Shown piece after piece: positions 24,924-34,506 of a DNA stretch of 64,000 bases. Under the pieces are notes generated by a model. That model was given only the letters and a program-made list of their open reading frames with translations. It was not told where the DNA came from and did not search any database. This stretch comes from Nitrospirota bacterium (GTDB lineage Bacteria > Nitrospirota > Thermodesulfovibrionia > Thermodesulfovibrionales > JdFR-86), in the NCBI GenBank assembly GCA_963721805.1, contig CAVRJY010000001.1, positions 160,001-224,000 on the forward strand. The letters are read 5' to 3'. A program made the translations under genes and the position numbers. How positions within the stretch are numbered: position 1 is the first letter of the stretch; each line of letters opens with the position of its first letter.

Positions 24924-25100
24924 GAAAGCGCTCCAAATCGCTTGATACGTTGTCGCCGTCCGAAAAACGATCCTTGACGTATGTCCATATACGCCGCCGG
25001 GGGTCACGGACCCCTCCTACGAAAGAAAAGGGGCAGTCGCCCCCTAGTCTGAAGACGATTTGGCGCGCTTTGCGGGGAGTAGCCCCCGCGGTCAACGGCA
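24924..25100 (-). repeat. Dispersed palindromic element copy 3, with nested hairpin module
   Basis: AAAGCGCTCCAAATCGCTTGATAC..GTCTGAAGACGATTTGGCGCGCTTT..GGTCAACGGCA. Confidence 0.88.
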
Positions 25101-25337
25101 TAGTTACTCATACCGCGCGCGTTTTTGGGCCTTCAAATGACCGCCACCTGATGCTCAGTAGAATTACCTAATTGCATTGCTGCCTTAAGTAGCGTAATGT
25201 TATAGGTAGTTCGCAACAAAGGCATGTGGTTGTGCGGCGCGCGCTCCGCGGTGGGATGGGGGTTTCATCGCGGACAATATAACGCTTTGGAATGGGGGCC
25301 ATCGCAATTTAAGGACGGAGTTCCAGGGCGTGGACAA

Positions 25338-26798
25338 GTGAAAAAGCTTGTAAGCATTGACGAACTCAGGGTCGGCATGTACGTGTGCGGTCTGACTCAG
25401 GCTTGGATAGATACGCCCTTCCTGACGCACTTCTTTGCGGTCTCGGACCGTGCGGCCATCGAGAAGCTGCGCAAGGCCCGGATAGACTTCCTCTATATCG
25501 ATACCGAGCGCGGCCTGGACGTATTGGAGGACGCGGCCTCGGCCGAGGAGCCCGGGGCGGCCGGGATCTCAGCGCCCCCGGCGCCTCCGATCCCGGAGGA
25601 GGGCCGCTATCTGTCCGTAAGGCTCTCTTCTCTAAGATTTGGCACGGCCATACCTTTCGATCTGTTCAGGGAGTCCGCCTCCGGCATGGAGCCGTGCATT
25701 GCAAACGGCGCTGAATACTCGCAGAAGCTCCGGAGCGCCTTTGGCCCCGCGGAAGACGGGTTCATCCGGTACGAAGACGAGGAGGCCTACAGCCAATACT
25801 GCGATGCCCTCCGTATCGGCCCCGACGGCAGCGTGACTTATACCCGGCAGGAACTCGAACGTTATACGCAGGAAAAAGAGACCCACTATCCCATCTCGCG
25901 CGAGATGCTGGCCGCGGGCGACAAGGTGGACTTTTCGATATTCGTGAAGAGGGGGTTTTCCTGCGAGCCGCTGCTTGCGGCCGGCCCTGGCATGGAGGCC
26001 GAGGTTACCGCACGGCATTTGAGCGCTTACGGGGACCTTGTCATAGGGCAGGATGACATCGAGAAGTACCAGGACTATATCGCCCGGCGGCTCAACCACA
26101 GCGGCAGCGATACCGCGATGGCGGCCGCCGTTACGCGCGAGACCGCAAAGGTAAAGGTGCGCGAGATGTTTCTCGACTACAAAGACGCCAGGAAGGTGAA
26201 AAAGAACGTCGAGGACACGGTGCAGGAAATGCTGTCCATCATTACCAGCAGCCCCAAGGCTTTCGCGAGCCTGATGAGCCTCAATGCACGGGATACTTAC
26301 ACGTATGTCCATTCGGTGAACGTCTCGGCGCTGTCCCTCGGGCTCGGAAACGCGCTCGGCCTCGGGCAGGGCCCTCTGCGCGAACTCGGCATGGGCAGCA
26401 CCTTGCACGACATCGGGAAGGTCAAGATTTCCAAAGATATCCTCAACAAGCCCAACCGCCTGACCGTGCTGGAATTCAAAGAGATCCAAAAGCACGTTAT
26501 GTTCGGCTACGATATTGCCCGTAAATTTGGAGATATGCCTGAAGGGGCATTCATCCCCATATTGCAGCACCATGAAAAGCTCTCGGGCAAAGGCTATCCC
26601 AACCACCTTCAAGGCGACGAGATACATGCCATGGGTCGTATCGCCTCGATGGTGGACACGTATGACGCCATAACCGCCAGCAGGCCATATCGGAGGGCCC
26701 TGAAGCCGTTTTACGCCCTAAAGGTCATCTCCAACGAGAACGAGAACTACGCCCCGGAACTCTACCGGGAGTTCGTAAAGCTCCTTGGCCAGGCCTGA
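25338..26798 (+). CDS. HD-GYP phosphodiesterase with DUF3391-like N-terminus
   Basis: ELRVGMYV N-terminus; HDIGK, HHEKLSGKGYP; GTG start chosen. Confidence 0.88.
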   Translation: MKKLVSIDELRVGMYVCGLTQAWIDTPFLTHFFAVSDRAAIEKLRKARIDFLYIDTERGLDVLEDAASAEEPGAAGISAPPAPPIPEEGRYLSVRLSSLRFGTAIPFDLFRESASGMEPCIANGAEYSQKLRSAFGPAEDGFIRYEDEEAYSQYCDALRIGPDGSVTYTRQELERYTQEKETHYPISREMLAAGDKVDFSIFVKRGFSCEPLLAAGPGMEAEVTARHLSAYGDLVIGQDDIEKYQDYIARRLNHSGSDTAMAAAVTRETAKVKVREMFLDYKDARKVKKNVEDTVQEMLSIITSSPKAFASLMSLNARDTYTYVHSVNVSALSLGLGNALGLGQGPLRELGMGSTLHDIGKVKISKDILNKPNRLTVLEFKEIQKHVMFGYDIARKFGDMPEGAFIPILQHHEKLSGKGYPNHLQGDEIHAMGRIASMVDTYDAITASRPYRRALKPFYALKVISNENENYAPELYREFVKLLGQA

Positions 26799-26982
26799 TC
26801 CCCCGCCCCAATCCGCGTCCTCCTCCTCCCCGGCCCGCGGGCTTGGTCGCGTGGCCTGGCCTCCAGTTCAATAGCCGTGACGACGAGATGGGCCCCGGTC
26901 CGGCACCGTAACAGGGAAAGGGGGCCAGCCGGCCCCTTCGCGTGATATAATGGACGGAGTTTACATTACGGAGGGCTCCCCA

Positions 26983-27241
26983 ATGCGTGGCTCGGCTGCG
27001 ATTGTGTCGTGTGCGCTGTTTATAACGCTGATCTCCGCTCAGGCCGCCCTTGCAGCCGAGCCCGAGAAGTTCGAGCTCCGGCAGGACGCCGAGGTCAGGC
27101 AGGCGCGCGGCAGGAAGCCGCCGACCATCAGTCATCAAGCGCGACCCGAACGGCCACTATACGTGGGAGATCAAGGGCGAGGACGCCGAAGAGGTGATCG
27201 CCGCGGATCGGCGCCTCCGCGAGTATATGAGGGGCAAATAA
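26983..27241 (+). pseudogene. Small exported protein apparently split by a frameshift near 27130
   Basis: RBS and signal peptide in one frame; protein-like VIKRDPNGHYTWEIKGEDAEEVIAADRRLREYMRGK continues in the +1 frame. Confidence 0.5.
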
Positions 27242-27331
27242 AGCTCGCGGCAGATCCTCGCTCCGCCCGGATTTGTCGCGGCATGACGGCTGACGGGACG
27301 AATGGAAAACATCCGCAAAGGGGGATGACAC

Positions 27332-27814
27332 ATGGCTAAGTATTCGATACGCGAGATAGTGGAGATGGCCGTCCAGACCGAGCGGCTCGGGCTTGAATTC
27401 TACAGCCAGATGCTCGGGAAGTTCGCGCATATCCCGGAGTTGGGCGCGCTCTTCAGCACGCTTGCGAAGATGGAGAAGTCCCACGTCGAGATCTTCACCG
27501 CGCTCCTCGGCAAGATCCCCGAGACCGCTGTCGCCCCCGAGGGCTGGGACGAGGCCGAGCACTACTTCCGCGCGGTCGTGGAGTCCGAATTCTTCCTTGG
27601 CGCGGGCAAGGCCCTGCCCTCGATGTCCGATATGGACGACCCGTTTAAGGCCGTGGGCTACGCCCTTGGGTTTGAGAAGGAGACGCTGCTTTATTATATA
27701 GGCCTCGAGGGCGCGCTCCCGGTCGCCGACCGCCTGGTGCTGGACGACATCATCCGCGAAGAAAAGAGCCACATAGTATGGCTGTCCCGATACAGGGATA
27801 TTCACAAAATATAG
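27332..27814 (+). CDS. Ferritin-like/rubrerythrin family protein
   Basis: E..G..FY, EKSH, FEKET..YY, EEKSH diiron motifs. Confidence 0.85.
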   Translation: MAKYSIREIVEMAVQTERLGLEFYSQMLGKFAHIPELGALFSTLAKMEKSHVEIFTALLGKIPETAVAPEGWDEAEHYFRAVVESEFFLGAGKALPSMSDMDDPFKAVGYALGFEKETLLYYIGLEGALPVADRLVLDDIIREEKSHIVWLSRYRDIHKI

Positions 27815-28665
27815 GCGGCGCGGGCAGGCTCTACGTGGTCTCGACCCCGCTTGGGAACCTCGAGGACATCACGCTGCGGGCGGTGCGCACGCTTAAGGAG
27901 GCCGATGTCATCGCGGCCGAGGACACGCGCCATACGCTGAAGCTCCTGAGCCACCTGGGCATCACCGGAAAGCCGCTCGTCAGCTACTGGGGCGAGCGCG
28001 AGAAGGCGAAGGCCGAGGAGGTGCTCTCTCACCTCGCCGCGGGCCGCGACGTTGCGCTCGTAAGCGACGCAGGGACCCCGGGCATCTCGGACCCAGGGGC
28101 GGTGCTCGTCCGGCGCGCTATCGAGGAGGGCGTCGAGGTGATCCCGGTCCCCGGCCCGTCCGCTCTCGTGGCCGCGCTCTCGGTCTCGGGCCTCAACACA
28201 GAGGAGTTCACGTTCTTCGGGTTCCTTCCGGCCAAGCGCGGCCCGCGCCAGAGGGCGCTTGCAGCGCTCGTGCTCGAGCCCCGCACTCTAGTGTTCTACG
28301 AATCCCCGCACCGCATAATAGACTCGCTTATAGACATGGAAGAGGTCTTCGGCGCTGACCGCCGCGCGGTGCTCTCGCGCGAGATCACGAAGATGCACGA
28401 AGAGACCGTGCGCGACACCTTCCGCGGCATACTCGACTACCTTGAGGCCGACGCGATCGTGGCCGGCGAGTACGTCGTGATGGTCGAGGGCCACAGGCGC
28501 GGGGAGCCCGGAGGCGAGGGCTCGGCCGGGGAGGCCGTGGCCGAGGTCGCCGCGCTTATTAAAAAGGGCATGGGCCGCAAGGAGGCCGTCAGGCAGGTCG
28601 CGGTGCAGTACGGCATCAGCAAGAAAGAGCTCTATGACAAGAGCCTACGCGAGGCCGCAGAATGA
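27778..28665 (+). CDS. rsmI: 16S rRNA C1402 2'-O-methyltransferase
   Basis: LYVVSTPLGNLEDIT, AEDTR, SDAGTPGISDPG, FYESPHR. Confidence 0.95.
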   Translation: MAVPIQGYSQNIGGAGRLYVVSTPLGNLEDITLRAVRTLKEADVIAAEDTRHTLKLLSHLGITGKPLVSYWGEREKAKAEEVLSHLAAGRDVALVSDAGTPGISDPGAVLVRRAIEEGVEVIPVPGPSALVAALSVSGLNTEEFTFFGFLPAKRGPRQRALAALVLEPRTLVFYESPHRIIDSLIDMEEVFGADRRAVLSREITKMHEETVRDTFRGILDYLEADAIVAGEYVVMVEGHRRGEPGGEGSAGEAVAEVAALIKKGMGRKEAVRQVAVQYGISKKELYDKSLREAAE

Positions 28666-29054
28666 AGACCCTGGGGTTCTGGCTTTTGATGGTAATCATC
28701 CTCTCGCTCCTGCCGATGGGCGGCCCCATGACCGAGGCGAGGCACGCAGCCGAGCTCGTATTTCACTTCATCGTGTATGCCATAACCGCGATGCTCATCA
28801 TGAGCGTGCTCGTCAATGACTCCGGCCCGGCGATAAAGTCGGTGCTCATATACCTGGGCGGGCGGAATTCCGCGTGGGTCGCGGCCGGGCTTGCCGCGGC
28901 CTTCGGGCTGCTGCTCGAGGGCGCGAGGGAGGCGTATCCGGCCTCCGGCGGGTTCTCGGCCGAGAGCGCAGCCGTAAACGCGATAGGGGCGGCCTCATGG
29001 GCCGCATATGCGATCTGGTCGTCATCGAGAAAGAAACGGAGAAAGCCTCTATGA
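28662..29054 (+). CDS. Small membrane protein (VanZ-like)
   Basis: Four hydrophobic segments; HFIVYA, LLEGA; coupled to both neighbours. Confidence 0.65.
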   Translation: MKTLGFWLLMVIILSLLPMGGPMTEARHAAELVFHFIVYAITAMLIMSVLVNDSGPAIKSVLIYLGGRNSAWVAAGLAAAFGLLLEGAREAYPASGGFSAESAAVNAIGAASWAAYAIWSSSRKKRRKPL

Positions 29055-30187
29055 GCTCGAAGGTATGGTACGCCTCTGCGCGGGTAAAGAAATGGAAATA
29101 CTCCGACAGCATGGCCGGCAGGCTCGAGGCCATGCTCCGCTCTGTGGACTTGGGCGCGCACATCGAGGGCGGCGAGTGGGTGGCGATCAAGACGCACCTC
29201 GGCTCAGACGGCGCGCACCGCACGGTCAGGCCGCTGTTCCTGCGCAAGGTCGTCGAGGCCGTAAAATGCGCGGGCGCAAAGCCGTTCATCACCGACACCG
29301 TGCGGATCAAGGGGCTCGATTACCTCGAGGTCGCGAACGCTAACGGGATAAACCACCTCTCGACCGGAGCGCCTGTCGTGCTTGCCGACGGCCTCTACGG
29401 CCACGACAACCTGATGGTAAAGGCCGGCGATATCCTGGGGGAGGTCGCTGTATCCTCGGTGATACACGACGTCCCGGCGATGGTGATGACGAGCCACGTC
29501 AAGGGCCATATACTCGCGGGCATAGGCGCTACGATGAAGAACCTCGCGATGGGCGGCGTCAGCGGAGGCCACCGCACCTGCGGCTGGAAGTGCGGCCGCG
29601 GCGCGATGCACACCAAGGACGCCGGGGCGATACTCTGGGAGGCCGGGCTCTGCACCCAGTGCTACCAGTGCGAGGAGGTCTGCCCGCTTGAGTGCATAAC
29701 GTTCAAGGACGACCGGACGGAGTTCACCTACGACGCCAACGTCTGCTGGCGGTGCGGAAGATGCACGCGCGTCTGCCCCTCCGGCGCGCTTTCGATGGAG
29801 GGGGCGGACGACACCCGGTTTCTGCGCGGGCTGGCCGAGGCCGCGATGGCCGTGCTCAGCACGTTTAAGCCGGGCAAGGTGCTGTACATCAACTTCATGA
29901 CCGAGATGCAGCCCGAGTGCGACTGCATGCCCGGCGCCGACGTCCCTGTGATGCAGGACCAGGGGATCATGGCCTCCTGGGACCCTGTAGCCGTGGAGCA
30001 GGCCACGCTCGACATGATACTCAAGGCCTCGCCGCTCCCGCAGTCCGCGGCCGAGGACAAGGGGATCAAGGCCGGCGAGGACATTTTCACCAGGCTCAGC
30101 GGGCGCAACCTGCAGGTCACGATCGACGAGGCCGAGCGGCTCGGGCTTGGGAGCAAGGACTACAGGATCGCCGTAATCGAAGGCTGA
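29051..30187 (+). CDS. DUF362 Fe-S protein with ferredoxin insert
   Basis: VAIKTHLG, SHVKGH, KNLAMG, two CxxCxxCxxxCP, PECDC. Confidence 0.88.
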   Translation: MSSKVWYASARVKKWKYSDSMAGRLEAMLRSVDLGAHIEGGEWVAIKTHLGSDGAHRTVRPLFLRKVVEAVKCAGAKPFITDTVRIKGLDYLEVANANGINHLSTGAPVVLADGLYGHDNLMVKAGDILGEVAVSSVIHDVPAMVMTSHVKGHILAGIGATMKNLAMGGVSGGHRTCGWKCGRGAMHTKDAGAILWEAGLCTQCYQCEEVCPLECITFKDDRTEFTYDANVCWRCGRCTRVCPSGALSMEGADDTRFLRGLAEAAMAVLSTFKPGKVLYINFMTEMQPECDCMPGADVPVMQDQGIMASWDPVAVEQATLDMILKASPLPQSAAEDKGIKAGEDIFTRLSGRNLQVTIDEAERLGLGSKDYRIAVIEG

Positions 30188-30505
30188 CCAATAGCGCGCC
30201 AAAGCACGGGGCCGACTGCCCCGCTGATTGCAATATGGGGGGGCTTCGGCCCCCCTTTCCTTTTATTTTTAGTCACTTAAGGCGTCCAGGTCTCGCGAGC
30301 CCGGTGAATCAAAAAATAATCCCCGCCCCGCGTCAATCTGCAGTATTGCGTAAGCTGCTAATTCGTGGTATCTATTTATATCAGAGGAGGCGCCTCGGGT
30401 TGAGGCGTTTATATGCAAAGGAGGTGTGTAGACAGTAGGCTAAGCCACCCGTTTAACCTTCAGGGTTATACGCCTTATCAGCAAAAAAAGTCCAACAAGG
30501 AGGCT

Positions 30506-30856
30506 ATGATGAAAAGACTTATACTTACTTGCATGCTTGCGGCAGCCATGATAATAGGCATGGTGGGCATAGCATCGGCAACGCACCTCGAAAGCAACCC
30601 CGAGCTCTCGGGGTTCGTGATGACTGGCATGGAGGGCGTTACGCACCCGACGGGGATGGGATTTATCATGAACCAGAGTTCTACGTCGGGCCCGAGCGAT
30701 TATGTTAATCCAGAGAAGACGGGCTTCGAGGGCGTAACCTCCCCGAGGACCATTGCGCCTAAGGGCTCGCCCGCAGAGCCCGCCGGCCCGGCTGAAGAGC
30801 CCACAGATGTCGAGCAGGAGATTCCGACCGGCACCGAGGGCGAAACAGCCCCATAG
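30506..30856 (+). CDS. Small secreted acidic protein
   Basis: RBS AAGGAGG, signal peptide, repeated TGxEGVTxP. Confidence 0.75.
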   Translation: MMKRLILTCMLAAAMIIGMVGIASATHLESNPELSGFVMTGMEGVTHPTGMGFIMNQSSTSGPSDYVNPEKTGFEGVTSPRTIAPKGSPAEPAGPAEEPTDVEQEIPTGTEGETAP

Positions 30857-30900
30857 GCTAAATGGGATGGGGCAGACGTCGAGCCAGAGAGGGTTAATAT

Positions 30901-30924
30901 AAGGGGGGCTTCGGCCCCCCTTTT
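30901..30924. terminator. Bidirectional terminator
   Basis: AAGGGGGGC-TTCG-GCCCCCCTTTT between convergent genes. Confidence 0.7.
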
Positions 30925-31711
30925 ACATCCTTGCTGTTTTGAGCGCGTCCTTGCACGGGCAGCTGCGGCTATGCGGGACAGCGCCTATCGCGGCCGCGAG
31001 CAGGGCCTTGATCCTGTCGTTCGCCCAGGCCATCGTCGAGCGGACCTCCTCGGTCGTGAGCCTGTGGGCCGATATCCCGGCCGCGTAGTTCGTCACGACG
31101 CAGAGGCCTGAAAAGCATATCTCGAGCTCCCGCGCGAGCACGGCCTCCGGCATCCCGGTCATCCCGACCACCGAGGCGCCGAGCATCCGGTAAAACTCGA
31201 TCTCGCTGCGCGTCTCGAGCCTCGGCCCCTGCACGCAGACGTACGTGCCCCGGTCATGCGCATGGAGCCCGGCCGCCTTCGCGGCCTGACCGAGCGCGGC
31301 TCGCAGCTCCGGGCAGTAAGGGTCGGTGAAGTCCACGTGCACGATCTCGCCCTCTTCATAAAACGTCCCCGCGCGCGCCCCCGCGGTCATATCAAGTATC
31401 TGGTCCGGCACTACGATATCGCCCGGCGTGAGGCCGTCTCCGATCCCGCCCGTGGCGTATATGGCAATTATCCGCTCGACGCCGAGTTCCTTGAACCCTC
31501 GCAGGTTCGCGCGATAATTGATCTTATGCGGCGCGACCGAGTGTCCGGCCCCGTGGCGCGGCAGGAAGCAGACCTCCGCCTCGCCGAGTCTGCCTATGGC
31601 ATAAGCCGCCGAGGGCTCGCCGTAGGGCGTGGCCACGCGCTCCTCGCCGGTGAGCTCGAGGCCCGGTATCCCATAAAGCCCGCTTCCGCCTATGACTCCG
31701 ATGCGCGGCAT
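30923..31711 (-). CDS. mtnP: Methylthioadenosine/purine nucleoside phosphorylase
   Basis: IGVIGGSGLY, FLPRHG, GPRLET, VGMTGMPE, VTNYAAG. Confidence 0.9.
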   Translation of the reverse strand: MPRIGVIGGSGLYGIPGLELTGEERVATPYGEPSAAYAIGRLGEAEVCFLPRHGAGHSVAPHKINYRANLRGFKELGVERIIAIYATGGIGDGLTPGDIVVPDQILDMTAGARAGTFYEEGEIVHVDFTDPYCPELRAALGQAAKAAGLHAHDRGTYVCVQGPRLETRSEIEFYRMLGASVVGMTGMPEAVLARELEICFSGLCVVTNYAAGISAHRLTTEEVRSTMAWANDRIKALLAAAIGAVPHSRSCPCKDALKTARM

Positions 31712-31733
31712 GCGATATAATACACCATACCGC

Positions 31734-33122
31734 ATGATAGACCAAGAGCTCATAATGAAGCTGCTCAGGGCCGCGCTTGAAAGTGGCGGAGACTACGCCG
31801 ACGTGTTCGCCGAGAGGCGGAGGCCTGTGTTCCTTCAGCTCGAGTCCGGCCGCGTCGAGAAGGTGCTCTCCGGCACCGAGGCCGGCGTCGGCATCCGCGT
31901 GCTCGTTGGCGAGCGCACCGCGTACGCCTACTCAAACGATATCTCGCCTGAGGCGCTCCTCGAGATGGCCTCGACCCTGCGTGGCGCGATCAGGGACGCC
32001 TCGGCATTCGGCCGTCCGATAGACCTCCGCGCGCTCAAGCCCTCGGTAGCCATGCCGATAGAGGTGTATCCCTCGGACGTGCCGATAGAGCGCAAGGTGG
32101 CGCTTATACGCAGCGCCGATGCTGCCGCGCGTGCGGTGGACAGCGCGGTGCGCCAGGTCATAGTGATCTACCGCGATTCCGTCCAGACGGTGCGCATCGG
32201 AAACTCTCTGGGCGCGCTGGTCGACGACGAGCGCGTGCAGCTGACCGGGATCGTCCAGGTAGTGGCCGAACGTGGCGGGGTCGTCCAGACCGGGTATGAC
32301 ACAGTTGGCGGACATACCGGATTTGAGATATTCGGCCGCGAGCCCTTGGAGGCCGCGGCAGAGCGCGCCGCGCGCCGCGCGGTCGCGATGCTCTCGGCAC
32401 GGCGCGCTCCGGGAGGGCGGATGCCGGTAGTGATATCGTCCGAGGCCGGGGGCACGATGGTCCACGAGGCCATAGGCCACGGTCTGGAGGCGGACCTCGC
32501 CGGACAGGGGCTCTCGAAATACTCGGGCATGCTAGGCGCTCAGGTCGCATCGAAGCTGGTCACCGTGATAGACGACGCAACGCTCCCCGGCCACCGGGGC
32601 TCATACGCGTTTGACGACGAGGCTACGCCGTCAGGGCGCACCGTGCTCGTAAAAGACGGCGTGCTCACCGGATATATGTATGACCGCCTGAGCGCGAAAA
32701 GGGATGGAGCTTCACCGACCGGAAACGGACGGCGCGAGTCATACCAGAGCAGGCCTATCCCGCGCATGTCCAACACCTTCATAGCGCCCGGTGCGTCCGC
32801 GCCGGACGAGATCCTGCGCTCGACGCACTCCGGGCTGTTTGTGCGCAAGATGGGCGGTGGGCAGGTCAACACCGTCACCGGCGAGTTCGTCTTCGACGTG
32901 ATGGAGGGCTACCTGATCGAGGGCGGCCGGATCGGGGAGCTCGTGCGCGGGGCCACGCTTACGGGAAGCGGCCCGGACATCCTCCGCTCTATAGACATGG
33001 TCGGCACCGACCTGGGGTTCTCTATCGGCACCTGCGGCAAGGACTCCCAGGGCGTACCCGTATCGGACGCGATGCCGACCGTCCGCATCCCGGATATGGT
33101 CGTTGGCGGCGAGGTCGCCTAG
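31734..33122 (+). CDS. tldD: TldD metalloprotease
   Basis: HEAIGHGLEAD, TGNGRRESY, PRMSNT, GTCGK. Confidence 0.92.
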   Translation: MIDQELIMKLLRAALESGGDYADVFAERRRPVFLQLESGRVEKVLSGTEAGVGIRVLVGERTAYAYSNDISPEALLEMASTLRGAIRDASAFGRPIDLRALKPSVAMPIEVYPSDVPIERKVALIRSADAAARAVDSAVRQVIVIYRDSVQTVRIGNSLGALVDDERVQLTGIVQVVAERGGVVQTGYDTVGGHTGFEIFGREPLEAAAERAARRAVAMLSARRAPGGRMPVVISSEAGGTMVHEAIGHGLEADLAGQGLSKYSGMLGAQVASKLVTVIDDATLPGHRGSYAFDDEATPSGRTVLVKDGVLTGYMYDRLSAKRDGASPTGNGRRESYQSRPIPRMSNTFIAPGASAPDEILRSTHSGLFVRKMGGGQVNTVTGEFVFDVMEGYLIEGGRIGELVRGATLTGSGPDILRSIDMVGTDLGFSIGTCGKDSQGVPVSDAMPTVRIPDMVVGGEVA

Positions 33123-33142
33123 CCCTAACAAGACTTTGAGAC

Positions 33143-33237
33143 TGTTGCATAATTGCAACATTAGAATATTCCTGGCTACAGTCGCCCTGAAAATAATCCT
33201 TTAATATCAAGCGGAACACTCTGGCACGTCAATTGCA
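33143..33237 (+). promoter_or_regulatory. Palindromic site plus sigma54 promoter of lpxC
   Basis: TGTTGCA-TAAT-TGCAACA (33143-33160); TGGCAC-N5-TTGCA (33222-33237). Confidence 0.7.
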
Positions 33238-33252
33238 CTCTATAAACCGATC

Positions 33253-34131
33253 ATGCAACTTCAGAGGACCATAAAGGGAGAGATCGCGTTTGAGGGGCCG
33301 GGGCTTCACACCGGCCGGCAGGTGAGCATGAGGCTCCGGCCGGCACCCCGCGATACGGGAATCGTATTCCGCAGGCTCGACAAGGGAGTCACGATCCGCG
33401 CCACCCTCTCCGCCGTATCCGACACGTCGTTTGCGACCACGATCAGCTCCGGCGGCGCGAACATCAAGACCGTCGAGCACCTGCTGGCCGCCGCGGCCGG
33501 GCTCGGGGTCGACAATATGCAGGTGGAACTCAACGGCCCCGAGGTCCCGATCATGGACGGCAGCTCGACCGCGTTTGCAGAGGGCATACTCAAGGCGGGG
33601 ATCGCCAAGCAGGCCTCCAACAGGCCGTACATCAGGATCACCAAGCCGGTCTACTTCAGCGAGGGCAAGGCCGAGATCGCGGTCGTCCCGTACGAGGGCC
33701 GCAGGATCAGCTACCACATAGCCTTCAACCATAGCATGGTCGGCGAGCAGCGCCTCTCGATTGACCTCTCCTCCGAGACGTTCATGGAAGAGCTGGCCCC
33801 GGCGCGCACCTTCGGGTTTCTGAAGGACGTCGAGTACCTCAAGTCCATGGGCCTCGCCAAGGGCGGCTCGCTTGAAAACGCGATCCTCTTAAGCGAGACC
33901 GGCGTGCTGAACGCCTCGGGCCTCAGGTTCCGCGACGAGTTCATCCGCCACAAGGTCCTGGACTTCGTCGGCGACATCTCGCTAGTCGGTTTCCCGGTCA
34001 TGGGCCATTTCATCGTATCGCGTTCGGGGCACTCCTCGAACATCAAGTTCCTGCACACGCTCCTTGGCTCCCGCGACGCATGGGAGATCGTCACCGGCGT
34101 GGGCGACGCGATGCGCGCCGCGATAGCCTGA
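33253..34131 (+). CDS. lpxC: UDP-3-O-acyl-GlcNAc deacetylase
   Basis: GLHTG, TVEHLLAA, PIMDGS, ARTFGF, RHKVLD. Confidence 0.96.
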   Translation: MQLQRTIKGEIAFEGPGLHTGRQVSMRLRPAPRDTGIVFRRLDKGVTIRATLSAVSDTSFATTISSGGANIKTVEHLLAAAAGLGVDNMQVELNGPEVPIMDGSSTAFAEGILKAGIAKQASNRPYIRITKPVYFSEGKAEIAVVPYEGRRISYHIAFNHSMVGEQRLSIDLSSETFMEELAPARTFGFLKDVEYLKSMGLAKGGSLENAILLSETGVLNASGLRFRDEFIRHKVLDFVGDISLVGFPVMGHFIVSRSGHSSNIKFLHTLLGSRDAWEIVTGVGDAMRAAIA

Positions 34132-34337
34132 GCCCCCTCCGCCCGGGGCATCCAGGGGCGAATCTCAAGACGATTCAAGGCAATTCAGGGGATCGGTGTC
34201 TGTAGAAAAAACATTATAAATCAATAAGCTGGCTGCAGCAGTTGATTTTTAACAGGGCAAAGCCAGAAAATATCAGTGTCTCAAAAAAGAGAGGGCTGGG
34301 GAAAGCGTCATAAAAAGCGCTTCCCCAGCCCGAGCGT

Positions 34338-34457
34338 TTACTTCTTCTTCGTTGCCTTCTTCACAGTCTTCTTCACAGCAGCCTTCTTCGGAGCAGCCTT
34401 TTTCGCGGCAGCCTTCTTCGGGGCAGCCTTCTTCGTCGTCGTCTTCTTTACCGCCAT
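34338..34457 (-). CDS. 39-aa Lys/Ala-rich histone-H1-like protein
   Basis: MAVKKTTTKKAAPKKAAAKKAAPKKAAVKKTVKKATKKK*; strong RBS GGAAAGGAGGT. Confidence 0.75.
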   Translation of the reverse strand: MAVKKTTTKKAAPKKAAAKKAAPKKAAVKKTVKKATKKK

Positions 34458-34506
34458 TTGTCAGTCACCTCCTTTCCAATCCCCCCACGATGGGGGAACC
34501 CGAATT

